DNA of 64,000 nucleotides from Squalus acanthias (taxonomy: Eukaryota), in contig CM059432.1 of assembly GCA_030390025.1 (NCBI GenBank), positions 85,314,001 to 85,378,000 on the forward strand, read 5' to 3'. Shown piece by piece: positions 23,601 to 37,990 of this stretch. The notes under the pieces are model-generated. The model was not told where the DNA came from and did no database searches. It saw only the letters and a list, made by a program, of their open reading frames with translations. The number at the start of each line of letters is the position of its first letter. The first letter of the stretch is position 1. A program made the translations under genes and the position numbers.

Positions 23601-24460
23601 GGGGAAGAAATTCGGTATCGCCCCGTTTGGGACGCAATTATCGGCCGGGCGCAAAGTTTAGCGCCTGGCGCTAATTATCGCCTCCGACTGCAAACTTGGC
23701 TTCTATCGCCCCTGGAGGTGATTGCAGCGCTAAATCAGGCGCTACACACCTCTCTTAAGGCGCTAATGCCGAGGAGTGAGGCGCTACCTCAGAGCGCTGG
23801 CGAAGCTCATGTGATGTCAGTCAGCAATGGAACACAGACACACTGGCGCCGGCCAGTTCTTAAAGGGGAGGGTCGAGATTGCTGTCCATCCACACCCTGC
23901 TCATTGCAGCCTTGAATCTTGGCCTGGAGAGACCTGTACATCAAATCTGCTGGAAAGAACAATGGAGAGGCCCAGGGAAAGAGCTCAGAGTGCAGCCCCC
24001 AGAGTTTCTTCTAAATCGATGCAAGGAAGGTCAAATCAAAATGAACCTGCAAAGTGCTGCTCAGTACCCAAAACTCCTTCACACAGCATTGAATCTCAAC
24101 AGAAGTCTCTCTCTCTCTCTCTCAGAATGCGTGGTGCAAAAATGTCGCCGACAAAAAAAGGCAGGAAGAGGTCGCCTTTAAATAGCGCTCCCCCAGTCCC
24201 TTCCCGACTGCAAAACGCTCCCCTCAACCTGTCGTTGCTCACGGCAGGCGGTAAGGCAGGGGGCGCCACTCAATATCCGGTCCGGGGTGCTACCGGGGCG
24301 TTGCACGCTCGACTGACATCATGATCTGCGGGCGCAGGAAATCATGGCGGTAGTGTTTAGCGCCGCTGCAAAATGTCTGGTCAATTTCGCGAGTAGCGCA
24401 AACATCGCCGCGCCCTCTTAGGGCACTAACGGGAGGCGCAAAGCAACCAAATTTTTCCTC
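23601..24460 (+). mobile_element. MITE related to family B
   Basis: GGGGAAGAAATT...AATTTTTCCTC ends. The right end matches the ends of the 14.2k and 22.3k copies (ACGGGAGGCGCAAAGCAACC). Confidence 0.7.
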
Positions 24461-24705
24461 ATTAGTGTACAGTGTCTCTTTATGGATACCATACAAGTTA
24501 CATTGGAGCCTCTTTATTGCAGTACGGTATCTTGGAGCATTGGTGATGTATGTACAAACTTTAACCAAATGTTGAATTCAGGGTGAGACTTGCCTGAGTT
24601 TGGTTACTTGGAGTAATGGCTATACAGCGACACGGGTAACACATTGAACACATTCAGTACATTTCTGCCACATCTGGGTGACCTGCTTATGTTGCCATTC
24701 TGCAG

Positions 24706-24804
24706 GGTGACTGAGCGGGCTATTGTGAACGGGTCTTACTGTTCAGTGGAGATACATCCTCTTGAACAGCCTCTTGTTCTATCTTCAGGAGTTTTGAAAC
24801 TTCT
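24706..24804 (+). CDS. Candidate 99-nt host exon (unrecognised; VTERAIVNGSYCSVEIHPLEQPLVLSSGVLKL)
   Basis: TTGCCATTCTGCAG acceptor, GTTAGT donor, open frame, length a multiple of 3, non-repetitive context. Confidence 0.25.
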
Positions 24805-26039
24805 GTTAGTAAATGAGACTCACAAAAGGTTTTCATTTTTCAAGAAAAAACAAACTGAATTACAGAATGTAACCCTGAAACATTAATAAAAATACAATAA
24901 AAATAAAAATAAGTTTAACTTATTCAGTTGCTTTTAAATAGTAGCTTTAGTTATGGACCTTTATTCAGAGCTGTTTTTGAGTTTTATGTTGTTTTTCTGA
25001 GTTGTCTGGGGCTGTGCCAGATTTTTGAAGTTGTTCAAAAGCTTTTCTGAGTTTTGTAGGTTGACATGTATGATGTATGTATTTGCAATGTCCACATTTT
25101 ACAGTGGATTCAATTAAGTTCCAGTGAGTACATACCCATTAATAGTAAGATGTATAAAGTATGCCCTCCTGTTGCAAATACCTCTTGCCAATATGAGAAA
25201 TGTCCAAAGTTATAGTATAGTCAAAGTTGAGGAATCGGTGTTCTCCGGTTGCAGTGAAGAAGAAAAAGGGGTACTTTTTAACCAATGTTTTGTCCAGGGA
25301 TTTCCTTAGGGATGTAACTGGGCCTGCACCTGTAGTAATAGCACTCCTATTATAATGAGACAGGAGGGGTTATGTTAACATAAAATTTAGGGTGAGCTCC
25401 AGAAATCAAGAATACTTCTAACTGAAAGCTTGCCTGTTGAGGAGCAGGAAATAATGTAGAATTTAAAGGCCTGAAGCAGCTTAAGGAGCCAAGTAACTTG
25501 TTTGCCAAAAATTGTCTGAGGTCAGCTGCAGGACTGCTTCTTGGATGCAGTTCTAGAAATGCTGTTGCAGATGGTGAGTCAGGGAAAGAAGACCCTGTTT
25601 AGAAATGCACAATACAGATTTGGAAGGACAGACACTCAGGAGAAATAGAAAGTGGCTAAGCATTGAATGCCAACTCCAACATCCCACAAATTGCCAGTCA
25701 GCACCAAAAAAGTTTAATGATCTTCCTAGGTCAGGCAAGGTAAAAGGAGCCAGCGACACTTTCCAAGAATGCACTGAACTAAACATGTTTGCCATTTATA
25801 ATGACCGCTCATGTTTTTCAGTGTGAACGGGGTGATAACGAGATGAAAATACTAAAAATAAACTTATCGCTGACTTTCCACCTAATGAGATTTTCAATCA
25901 GGCCTTGAGTTAGATGGCCTATAATTACGTTATTTCGTTCCAGCACACCCCTGCAAAAGTTGCAGTAGGAGATCAATGGAAGGACTATGTACCTTTGGCC
26001 CCAAAATGCTAGAAATGCACACAATGGGTTAATCAGCTT

Positions 26040-26572
26040 TTTTTTAATTTGTTTATGAGATGTGGGCGTTGCTGGCAAGGCCAGCATTTATTGCCCATCC
26101 CTAATTGTCCTTGAGAAGGTGGTGGTGAACCGCCTTCTTGAACTGCTGCAGTCCACGTGGTGAAGCTACTCCCACAGTGCTGTTAGATAGGGAGTTCCAG
26201 GATTTTGACCCAGCGACGATGAAGGATCGGCGATATATTTCCAAGTCAGGATGGTGTGTGATTTGGAGGGGAACTTGGAGGTGGTGGTGTTCCCATGCAC
26301 CTGCTGCCCTTGTCCTTCTAGGTGGAAGAAGTCGCAGGTTAGGGAGGTGCTATCAAAGAAGCCTTGGTGAGTTGCTGCAGTGCATCTTGTAGATGGTACA
26401 CACTGCAGCCACGGTACGCCGGTGGTGGAGGGAGTGAATGTTTAAGGTGGTGGGTGGGATGCCAATCAAGCGGGCTGCTTTGTCCTGGATGGTGTTGAGC
26501 TTCTTGAATGTTGTTGGAGCTGCACTCATCCAGGCAAGTGGAGAGTATTCCATCACACTCCTTACTTGTGCC
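26040..26572 (-). mobile_element. LINE 3' fragment (CR1/L2-group, jockey-like RT family)
   Basis: MEYSPLAWMSAAPTT...IQDKAARLIG...YKMHCSNSPRLL. Same family as 42522-43808. Confidence 0.8.
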
Positions 26573-27074
26573 TCATACTATCTTCATACTATCTCTGCTG
26601 CATCAGCCAAGGAACTTATATCATTTCTATTTATGGAGGCAATGTTTTTTTCTTACCCATATTGCCACTCCTCCACCTACTTTATTGCGCCTGTTATGAT
26701 GTTTAGCTGCTTAGATTGTTCTATGACTGGTATTTTAATTTCCTGTTTAATGTCCTGATTTGAATAGGTCTCTGTTATTCCTATAACATCTTACTTTTCC
26801 TTGCACCAGACACATTTCCAATACTTTAAACTTAGCATTAGAATAAAAACATGTTTAGCTTTTCTTTCTCTGTTTTATTATTGCTCCACTCTGTTTTGGT
26901 TCTTAATTCTTTGTCCAAATGTTATTTATCTCTACACATAGTATTCTTGTGATCAGTATTTCCCCTTACTATTACTACGGCCCTTCCCATACACTCGTAT
27001 AAAAAAGTGACCACGTCTTTATTTTATAAAGGTGGCTAGTCTATCTTCTTTTGCCATCATATATAGTCATCAAA

Positions 27075-27166
27075 CATTCTGATGAAGTTTCAGACCCAAA
27101 ACGTTAACCTATCTTTCTCTTGCAGATGCTGATCAATCGGCTGTGTCCATTTCCAGCATTTTTCAG
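27075..27166 (+). mobile_element. Degenerate Penelope-like terminus with a decayed hammerhead
   Basis: CTGATGA...AAACGTTAAC. Reverse-complement homolog of 61990-62112. Confidence 0.55.
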
Positions 27167-27787
27167 CAAAGTCCACAGCACTTCCAGTGCTCACCCACTT
27201 TAGCTTTGGCAGTCCAAGAATTTAGGCAGGGACCCAGATACACCGAGTCCTGGCCTTGCAAGAGATTCCGCCAACCCCAAACAAGGACAGTGGCGTAAAA
27301 GAGAGTCCGGGGCGGAAACTTCCCAAACCAGGTGTTCCTCTGTCTACAGCCCTCAGTGGGATGACGTAGGGTTGGCTATAGTACACCTGGTGAGACCAGA
27401 GGTATCATGCCGCCAAACAGCGGAAGTAGAGCTCAGCTGGAGGCCCAGGCCAGGATTGTGGCTTCAAGCCCCAAAGAAAAAAATCTATTGTTTCTAATTA
27501 TTTCAAGCGGGCCTCCTGCCGCTGTGGGAATCTCAAACTTTTTTCCAGGAGGAAGGACCCAGCATGTCCCCTCCCGAAACTGGGATTCTCTGCTGTAATT
27601 TGTGGTCTGCGGGGCAAAGTGAGCACCCTAGATGCACCCTAGTGGTGGCCGTGCCCGCCAGTGAAATTTAAGTTAAGGGACCGTCCCTTGACCTTGTGAA
27701 CTTTGGCGATTTCAACGCTAGAGGTCCGGGGTGGGTGCATCCCGGCACATGCTGGAATACGTCCTTCCATGTATTTTCAGTTACTTT

Positions 27788-28552
27788 GGCCCAGAAATTT
27801 GACTCGGAGGCTTGCCGCGGGGGTAAGGATCGCGCGCGATATCACACTCCGCGCCGGCCGTTGTGTTTTGGGCCCACAGGAACTTCGGGTCCTGGGCTTC
27901 TCCCTAGTGCCGGCACGCAGTGTGTGCATGTCCCAGGGGCGCAGTTAGTGCGATGCGACCTCTGGGATCACGTGGGCCATGGAGAGCCAATGGCAGCACA
28001 CCATCTTTCATTCATAGATTTGACAGGAGAACTGTCAAATCTGTGAATTGAAAGAGACCCCAAAAGAACAGCTAAACCTCAAATATTTTTTTTTAAAAAC
28101 CCATCACATTAATAAAATAACTATAGTTAAATAAATTAACCACTTTAAACAAAAATTTTAATTTTTGAAAAAATTTAAAAAAAATTTTAAAGTTATAAAA
28201 ATAAACTTACCTTTCTTTAAAGTCTCTAAAAAAGATAAACCTGTTGAAAAAAATTAAAAATTATACTTAATTAACTACTTACCTTGTTCAAAAGGGGTCT
28301 TACGCCTCCTTTTTTCTTGTGTAAAATCTTCCATACTTACCCTCGTGTTGAAACCTGAAAAAAAAACTAAGTGTGCTGCGTGCGCACAGCCTGTAGTGCG
28401 CACGCGGTTCACCTAGGAACCGCCCCCTTCGCCATACCAGAAGTGCCGGTTTCCCGCGCATGCACAGTGCATGCAGGAAACCTGCACTTCAGGACCGAAT
28501 ACGGGTGAGTACGCAGCGGGTACTCTCCCGTATTCGGCCGAATTTTTGGGCC
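27788..28552 (+). mobile_element. MITE family A, copy 3
   Basis: TIR GGCCCAGAAATT/AATTTTTGGGCC with TTT TSD. Shows the empty Gypsy target site. Confidence 0.85.
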
Positions 28553-29229
28553 TTTGTTTTTCTTGCGTAGCTCACGTTATGCACAGGTAGTTTGGATTCT
28601 GGAGCATAGCCGTGAACTTTACCTGCTAAGGTGGAGTTGTGTTTAACCTGGCATATCCATTTAAGAGCACTACTCAGATGGTCCTTTTGGGGAAATGGTC
28701 TAAACAAGCACATCTTTTGGCCAATTAGAGATGATTGTTTTAGAGAAGATTCTATAGAATGGCAGCTGCTTGTAAATAGTGGCTTCTCCGCTTGGCGAGC
28801 AGCCAAGTTATCAAGGACAGAAAAAATAGCATAAATGGATTTGGTTTCCTGGGCGGGAATACGACCAAGGTTTCATTGTGGGACCTGGAGGAGCACTCCT
28901 GCTCCTCGGGTCCCACAAGGAAACTAAAAGAAAATTAAAAACTTACCTTGCTGGGCTTCATCTGGTCCTGGTTCCTGCTCCCAGGCGGTTTGGCCTGGCG
29001 GGCAAGCCACCACTGCTCCCCCCGCTCAGGCCTCAGGTTAGAATAGCAGATCGGACTCCAATGACATAGTTGGTGCCCGATCCAAATACTTTAAGAGGAC
29101 CCCACTGGCTTCAGGCAGGTATCCTTGCCTCATGCAATTTAAAATTATAATCAGCCTAATCGGGGCAGGAACAGAATGAGTAAGTCTCCCATTTTATTTA
29201 ACTGCCCCTGCCCGGTTTCTGCCAATGTC

Positions 29230-29495
29230 AGGGAGCGGTGATTCATTCAAATGCAAAATTAATAGATTTCTTTCCAAAAATAATATTTTAGGAGAAGGTA
29301 TGTTTCACAAACTTTTTCACCACTGGCGGGTTTTCCTCACCCCATGTCTGAGTCTGTTATAGATTAATTGATAGAGATTGATTACCATGCTTAGTCATCA
29401 ACTCCATTATTATTGTAGTGTGCGACAACCAGGATGATAGAGGCAAACAAGATGGACCTTGACCTTTCTTTGTCTAGCAATCCTTAGCTCCTATA
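29230..29495 (+). mobile_element. CR1-like LINE 3' end fragment
   Basis: Homologous to 5520-5825. Confidence 0.5.
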
Positions 29496-31324
29496 GTGTG
29501 CTCTGTATACAAGATATATATATAGAATTCAAGGTTTTCTTTTTATATCAGAAGTTTGATGACAGTTTTTTTTATCTATGTGGAAAGGCAGTGAAACCCA
29601 GGGCATAACTGCTTGTAAGACAGGTCTCTGGGATGCGTAGGTTTGATTTTAAAGAATGCCGCCCGTGGGTCTGCTAATAAAGTGAAAATGCACCTTTAAA
29701 AGAGAACCGAATTCTCATATGATTCATTTGCATACCAGCTGCATGCTCAATTCTTCAAAATATTCCTTTGAAGTTAACAAAATTATTTTGTTTTGGTATG
29801 GCTGTAGGAAATGGTATCAGCAGTTTGGGCTTTAGCAATTGGCTGCAGTCCAATATTGCACTGAATTGCACTATAGTGATTGGATTATTTCATCTGTAAG
29901 TTTTCTGTTTATCAAATATTACAATTAGTTTCCTTTGTTTCTTGCTGACATTAAAATTTATATTTAAGCAAACAAATTTGTAATTATCCTGAGTCTTTCT
30001 GTGGCGAATGTAATGACATTCTATGAATTACATGGATAGATGGTTTCTTTATTCAGAAACAGATTATTCCCTTCTTTGCTATATCCATGAGCCTAACATT
30101 CTAAAATCTTATTAAAATTAGCATTTGCAAATGATATCTGCCTGTTAACACAATTTTCTAAATATTACAGGGGTATATTCCTCGACCCTACACGTAATGC
30201 CATATAGCAAAGTGAACAAAAACATGTACAATTTTCAAACAGTCACTTAGTAGATAAAAATATACTGGAAAAACAGTGATTAAGCATATGTTGTGTTTTG
30301 ATAGGATATTGTATGCAGGACTTCCATAGCAACGAATAATCATAGAAAGCCAGAAGCTTGTTAGCCCAAAATAAACCACACATGAGTCATCAGCATTATA
30401 TTCTGTGCCACTACACTATACTTTTATGTTTCTGACCATTTGTGAGTTAAAGATGCTAGGATGTTTCAGAACATAAGTAAGCATAGGAAAATTGTAATGG
30501 TACCAATAGCATCCTCAAAAGGGTAAATTTTATGTCAGTTCAACATGGTATCCTTAGCATTCTCAACACTCAGGATTGTCAGTGGCAAGCACTTGCAGTG
30601 CCCAAGTGGAAGCTGACGGAATCATTCAGCTTCACTTTAGCACTATTTTGAGTCCTGCTTGGACAATGCATCAAGACTCTCTTGAGTATTGGAAAGTAGT
30701 TTTCAGTTCACAGTGACAGTGACTCTGTAGTTTGTTGCACCTTATGTCAAATTGACTTGCAGTCAGAGTGAGACCACCTCACTCAGTGAGATCAAGAAAC
30801 ACAACATAGACTGGACATTGAATCTGTTACCTTCCTGATTTGCACACTGACTTTTCCAAGGGAATCATCAGGGCAACTATCTGGGAACTTTCAAAAGTTG
30901 GCTTTATATGTATTCTGACCCAAAACTGGTGCCAAACCATACATAGAATACTCATGTGGACAAGTGAACAGTATATGTATTGGCCCACGTCCAAACTGAT
31001 GTCACCTGTATTTATACACAAATTTTCACATTGCTGAGATATGATGGACCAAATATTGCTGTAGCAGGACATGTAACAGCGTTTGCCATTAGTTAGACTT
31101 GCCCGTGCACGTTTAGGTTTTAAAATTTTAAAATTTTTGCAGGCAAGTTACGCGCAGCGAGGGAAACTGGGCATCTGGGAGCTGAGTGAGCAGAGCAAGC
31201 AACTGTGTATCTCCTTAAGCAATCAGATTGAAGGATTGTGAAATTAACAGTGCAAGGACTGAGAAGGAAGTGTAAATTAGAGTGGGTGAATTCAATGTCA
31301 AATCAGGTACAAAAAGAAATAGAG

Positions 31325-32965
31325 GGGGGATTTGTACCTAAAAAAATGAGTGTTTGGGAGCGGGCGGGTGGTTAAAAGGAATGAAACTGACAGCAGGTTG
31401 GGAAGCCGGCTTGAACCCGCTGACTTCCGCTTTTAACTGCAGCGCTTTTGGTTGCGTGCGAGAAATCCCCATGGGAGAGGCGGGTTGGCAATTGAAAGAT
31501 ATAAGAGGCAATTAGGAGCTGTTAAGAGGCAATTAGGAGCTGCAGATGTGAACTTTAACTCTTGAGTGCACATATTTTACGTGCTTCCTGGAACTCGCCA
31601 GTGAAAGCAAGGTGTGATGACAGCATGAATTGAGGGGGTTGACCAAATGACAGGCAAACAATCCAACAAGTACTCAGACCTCAAACCTGCTTCCTTGCCT
31701 AAGTGAAAGGCTTCTGGAGAGTGTGCTTTCACTGCTTTGCAGCTGATTTCCACTACTTTGGAGGTCATTTCTGCTACCTTGGCCTTTTTGAGCCTGATCT
31801 ACGCTTTCCATCTGTCAAGCATCAGTTCAGCATGGGTGCCACTTATGCAGCTTTACCTTGGACCTCAGATGCAGACCAAGATGAGCATCAGCAGCAACAG
31901 CATCGGCAGCAGGAGAAGCACCAGCAGGAGCAGCAGCAGCCTTCTTCTCACCGACCTGCCACTCCACAGGAGAGCAGGGATGAGCACAGGAGTGCAGCTC
32001 GCAGGAGGCGATACCCCCACCACAGGGTATATAGGCAGAGGATCAGCTTCCTGGAACACAAGTGCCTCAGGAGGCTCAGGGTATTGCGTCAGGTGGTCGC
32101 AGACATTTGCAGCCTTCTGGAAGAAGGAGATATCTGCAGAATCTCTCAATCTGCTGCCCACAAATGCATCACTCAGGTAACCGATGCCATGTTTGCTAGG
32201 GCTGGTAATTATGTGCACTTTGCAACAGATGAGGTCAGTCAGAATGAGCGGGTTCTCAGCTTTGTGGCTCTGGCTGGCTTCCCTACAGGTCCAGGGAGTC
32301 ATCGATTGCATACATGTGGCGCCCCCAGATCACCCTGGAGTATTCATCAAGCAGAGTTATCGACTAGCTTCTTGGAAACAAGTGCTACCCCTGAAGACGT
32401 GGCTGATGACACCCGTTAGGAGCCCAAACAATGAGGCCCAGGAGAGATACAATCAAAGCCACATGACCACGAGAACTGCCATCGAGCAAGCAATCGGAGT
32501 GCTGAAGATGCGCTTTAGGTGCCTGGACAGATAGGAATGAAGTGCACCTGCAAGATAAGTACGTATGAGGAGTGATGTGCTGGAGTCGGCATGGGAAGAG
32601 AATCTCCCAGCGGGCCCTTACAGAACACAGCATCAGCTCTAGGGAGGCATCATTTAAGCAAGGTGCAGCCTTGCTGCGATGGGACTCCATTAATGCAGTT
32701 TCTTCCTCTGTTTCCCCACCGGGACAATCCTTCAACATTCATCTTCGCAGGATCCCTTTAAATAGTTGAGCTGGAGCTGGAATAGACTCATGCGTGACGT
32801 CATCACGCCCGCTCATGTTAATTGGTCAGGAAACCCGGAAGTCAGGTGCAAATGCAGTGGCTTCGTTAAAAAGCCACTGACAAACGTGCTGCTGAAACTT
32901 CCGGGTTCTCCACGCGCTCCAGGGCTCCCCCACTGCCAACGGGTTGGACAGTGAAATTTCCGACC
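31325..32965 (+). mobile_element. Internally deleted Harbinger transposon
   Basis: Contains a transposase pseudogene and GC-rich termini. Confidence 0.75.
31832..32534 (+). pseudogene. Harbinger (HARBI1-like) DDE transposase, deleted and frameshifted
   Basis: [50 protein letters not shown]. Confidence 0.85.
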
Positions 32966-34251
32966 AAAGAGAGGGAAAGAAAGAGTGAATTAAGAAAGAG
33001 AAAAAGAGACAGAAAGTTCAAAAAGTTAAAAAAAAAATTTACATTTTTAAAATCTCCAACAACAATTAAAGTGCAAGAGAGGTTGTTGGGCAGTAATTAA
33101 CATATATCACGTCATTAACAGGGTACTTAGACTGGAGTGGACAAGCCTTAGGTTTCTGTGGCATGTTTAGTTTGTATCTACCGTGCAAGTACAGCAACTT
33201 CATGCCGTTCAATGCATTTCAATGGTGAGACATACAGCAAGATGCCGTTTTCGCAAAGCTAATGGTGGAGCAACTTGGAAAGCAACTTTTGGATATTTGA
33301 GTTTAACCACACATCTGCCTCTTGTCTGAAGTTGCTGTAGCATTTGCGCATAAATAACGGCGAGCACCATTAGCCTCGCCGTTATTTTGACAGGAAAATC
33401 TGGGCCAATGTACTTTCATTCATAACATTATTGAGTTCAAACTGATGTCCTCCCCTAACTAAGAACGGTTAATTTTCATCGATGCCTGTTGATGATTGGA
33501 GTTTCCTAGCATAGCACAAAAAGAAATTTAGCCATCTACCTTAATCATATAACAGTTAATTGTTTTCTGCTGTCTGTCTGGCATCATTGTTTTCAGTGCA
33601 GCGCTTGGAGTCACATTTTGAATAACATCATTTGTTAAAGGGTTGTGCTGTATAGTGCCGGATATTAGTTGCAGTACCGAGAAGAAAGTGAGGCACTATA
33701 TGCTGATCATCTATTATTTAATTGGTACACCTAATTTTCCTGCACTGTGCGAGGTTACTAACATATAAAGGTAATAAGGAAAACAGACAAATAAAACTGT
33801 TTCATTACTTATGTTTATATTACTGCTGATTATGCAACAGATATCTGCAAATGCAGTAAGTAATAGCCAACAGAGTATAAAGTACAGCATTTGGTCAAAC
33901 ATTCCTACGCGCGTTTAACCATTTCTTGTGAAACTCCTATTCTATGATATGTAAACAGTATCAATATCATATTGCCTATTAACAAGAGCCTACAGCTGAA
34001 CATTTTACATGCACTGTTCTGGGTCTGCCATTAGCAGCAGTGTCACATACTTTTACTAGGGATAAAAAGGAGACTAATTTTCCTCACTCTAATTAGAATA
34101 ATTATTCATTACTGAAGTAGGGATTTCATGAGTAGCCAGTTAATCAAATACTGTGTGCTATTCCATAAACAGGAGTAGCTTAAACTTTAATGTGCCTGTA
34201 TCATGCAAATACTTCTATAAGTGAGACTTATGAATATTAGCCCCAATTTTC

Positions 34252-35920
34252 AATGGATAATCAAGGGGCCACAGGGAGGGGGGAACTAAAGACAATCACT
34301 ATCACTAAGGAAATAGTACTTGGTAAAATAATGGGACTAAAAGATGACAAGCCCCCTGGACCAGATAGCCTGCATCCCAGGGTCTTAAAAGAAGTGGCTG
34401 CAGAGATAGTGGATGCATTGGTTTCAATATACCAAAATTCCCTGGACTCTGGAGAGGTCCCAACGGATTGGAAAACCGCAAATGTAACACCCCTATTTAA
34501 GAAAGGAGGGAGACAGAAAGCAGGAAACTATAGACCAGTTAGCCTAACATCTGTCATTGGGAAAATGCTGGAGTCCTTCATTAAGGAAGCAGTAGCAGGG
34601 CATTTGGAAAATCATAATGCAGTCAAGCAGAGTCAGCATGGTTTTATGAAAGGGAAATCATGTTTAACAAACTTGCTGGAGTTCTTTGAGGAGGTAACAA
34701 GCAGGGTGGACAAAGGTGAACCAGTGGATGTGGTGTATTTGGATTTCCAGAAGGCATTCGATAAGGTGCCACATAAAAGATTACTGCATAAGATAAGAGC
34801 TCACGGAATTGGGGGTAATATATTAGCATGGATAGAGAATTGGCTAACTAACAGAAAGCAGAGAGTCGGGATAAATGGGTCATTTTCCGGTTGGCAAACA
34901 GTAACTAGTGGGGTGCCACAGGGATCGGTGCTGGAGCCTCAACTATTTACAATCTACATTAATGACTTGGATGAAGGGACCGAGTGTAATGTAGCCAAGT
35001 TTGCAGATGATACAAAGATGGGTGGGAAAGCAAGTTGTGCAGAGGACTCAAAGAACCTGCAAAGGGATATAGACAGGCTAAGTGAGTGGGCAAACATTTG
35101 GCAGATGGAGTGTAATGTGGGAAAGTGCGAGATTATACACTTTGGAAGGAAAAATAAAGAAGCAAATTGTTATTTAAATGGAGAGAGATTACAAAATGCT
35201 ACAGTTCAGAGGGACCTGGGGGTCCTTGTGCATGAAACACAAAAAGTTAGCATGCAGGTACAGCAAGTAATCAAAAAGGCAAATGGAATGTTGGCCTTTA
35301 TTTCAAAGGGGTTGGAGTATGAAAGCAGGGAAGTTCTGCTACAACTGCACAGGGTATTGGTGAGACCACACCTTGAGTACTGCATACAGTTTTGGTCTCC
35401 TTATTTAAGGAAGGATATACTTGCATTGGAGGCAATTCAGAGACGATTCACTAGGTTAATTCCAGAGATGAGGGGGTTGACTTATGAGGAAAGGTTGAGC
35501 AGGCTGGGCCTATACTCATTGGAATTTAGAAGAATGAGAGGTGATCTTATTGAAACATAAGAGACTGAGGGGGCACGACATGGTAGAGTCAGAGAGGATG
35601 TTTCCCCTCTTGGGAAAATCTAGAACGCGGGGGCACAGTTTTAGAATAAAGGGTCGCCCTTTTAGAACTGAGATGAGCAGGAATTTCTTATCTCAGAGGG
35701 TCGTAAATCTGTGGAATTCTCTGCCCCAGAAAGCTGTGGAGGCTGGGTCATTAATTACATTTAAGGTGGAGATAGACAAATTTTTGGAAGATAAGGGAGT
35801 GAAGGGTTATGGGGAGCGGGCGGGGAAGTGGCTTGGAGCCCAAAATCAACCATGATCTTATTGAATGGCGGAGCAGGCTCGAGGGGCCGAGTGGCCTATT
35901 CCTGCTCCTATTTCTTATGT
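34252..35920 (+). mobile_element. 5'-truncated CR1 LINE
   Basis: RT ORF plus a 3' UTR ending CCTGCTCCTATTTCTTATGT. Confidence 0.92.
34253..35560 (+). pseudogene. CR1 ORF2 reverse transcriptase (partial; frameshifted continuation to ~35830)
   Basis: NYRPVSLTS, QHGF, DFQKAFDKV, GVPQGSVL, FADD, RPHLEYC. Confidence 0.9.
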
Positions 35921-36509
35921 CGTGCGAGAGTTAAAATAGGGACATCATACTTAACTCCTCATTTGCGCTGCATTGCTGCCAGCCGCTATTTTAACTCCCA
36001 GGTTTCGAGAAGCATGTGAGGCCCTCGTCAATTAATATTGTAAAGTTGGTGTCCAATTATGCCATTCGGACCCCAACGCAAATTTAACCCCCAGCCAAGT
36101 GAGTCGCAGGGAAAGCTGTGAGATATGGATCCAGGGCCAGAAGAGGCCCAGGTAAGTATGATTTTTTTAAGTTTAAATGGTTTCCTTATGGACCAGGAGG
36201 AGCAAGAGTGCTCCTCCAGGCCCCACAAGGAAACTGTGGGCCTCTCCACCCCACCATGATCGCATCCTGATTTCAACCCCTCCCCCTGAACCACTTACTT
36301 GACTTCCGGGGACAGTTCCCTCGGGCCCTCAGTGGCGACTTCCTGCCACTAGCTGGCTAGATAGTGATTCTGGCCAGGTTCAGTGGGAGAGTCGGCTCCA
36401 GAATCCAAGTGAGGCCCAGTGATTAAAATAGTCCAAGATTCATACAGGCATCACCGTGCGCTTTTCGCTCGTACCACTACCCTCCCGATGTCGCACTCAC
36501 GCTTCGAGA

Positions 36510-37990
36510 TGAGATTTATCCTAGGTTGCTGAGGGAAGCAAGGTTGGAGATAGCAGAAGCTCTGACCACAATCTTTTAATCCACCTTGGATATGTGTGTC
36601 AGAGAACTGGAAGACTCCAAATGTTAAGCCGCTGTTCAAAAAAGGGGAGATGGATAAACCTGGTAACTACAAGCCAGTCAGTCTATTATCAGTGGTGGGA
36701 AAACCATTGTCAAGGACAAAATTAATTCTCACTTGGACAATCTTGGATTAATAAGGGACAGCCAGCACAGATTTGTTAAAGGCAAATTGTGTCTGACTAA
36801 CCTGATTGAGTTCTTTGATGTAATAACAGAGAGGATTGATGAAGGTAATGCAGTAGATGTATATATGGACCTTTAAAAGGCATTTGATAAAGTACCACAT
36901 AACAGACTTATTTAGAAAATAGAAGCACATGGGATTAAAGGGACTGTGGTAACTTGGATACGTAATTGGCTAAGGGATTGGAGGCAGAGAGTAGTGGGGA
37001 ACGGATGTTTTTCTGACTGGAGAGAAGTATGCAGTGGGGTCCCCCAGGGGTCGCTATTAGGACCAGTGCTTTTCTTGTTATGTATAAATGATCTGGACTT
37101 GGGTATAGGGAGTACAATTTCAAAGTTTGCAGATGATACAAAACTTTGAAACATAGTAAATAGTGAGGAGGATATTAGCAGACTTCAGGAGGAGTTAGAT
37201 AGGCTGGTGAATTGGAAAAACAGATGGCAGATACAATTTAATGCGGATAAGTGTGAAGTGATGCACTTTGGGAGGAACAACATGTAGAGGCAGTATAATC
37301 TAAATGGTACTATTTTGAGGGAGTGCAAGAGCAAAGGGACCTGGGGGTACATATTCACAAATCTTTGAAGGTGGTAGGGCAAGTAAGGTGGTAAACAAAG
37401 CATATGGGATACTTGGCTTTGTAAATAGGGGCATTGAATACAAAAGAAAGATAGCCATGCTAAACATTTACAAATCTCTGGTTAGGCCTCAGCTGGAGTA
37501 TTGTATATAATTCTGAGCACCATACTTTAGGAAAGATGTCAAGGCTTTAGAGAGGGTGTAGAGGAGGTTTACCAGGGTGATACCATGGATGAGGGACTTC
37601 TGTTATGTGGAGAGATTGGAGAAGCTGTGATTGCTCTCCTTAGAGCAGAGAAGATTAAGGGGAGATTTAATTGAGGTATTCAAAATTATGAGGGTTTTTG
37701 ACAGAGCAAATAGGGAGAAACTATTTCCTCTGGCAAGTGGGTTGGTAACCAAAGGTCATAGGTTTAAAATAATTAGCAAAAAGACTAGAGGGGAAATGAG
37801 GGCTGTTATGGTCTGGAACACACTACCTGAAAGGGTGGTAGAAGCAGATTCCATAGGAACTTTCAAAAGGCAATTGGGCATGCACTTGAAGAGGTCTAAT
37901 TTGCAGGGTTATGGGGAAAAAGCTGGGGTGTGGAACTAAATTGGACAGCTCTTTCAAAGAATCGGCACAGACATGACAGGCCAAATGACA
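36510..37990 (+). mobile_element. Degenerate CR1 LINE
   Basis: [18 protein letters not shown] and LEQRRLRGDLIEVFKI, with many stops. Confidence 0.85.

Larger units (their letters stand above)
31046..33406. mobile_element. MITE containing a nested deleted Harbinger
   Basis: Flanks 31046-31324 and 32966-33406 are reverse-complement homologs of 50174-50916. Confidence 0.65.
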
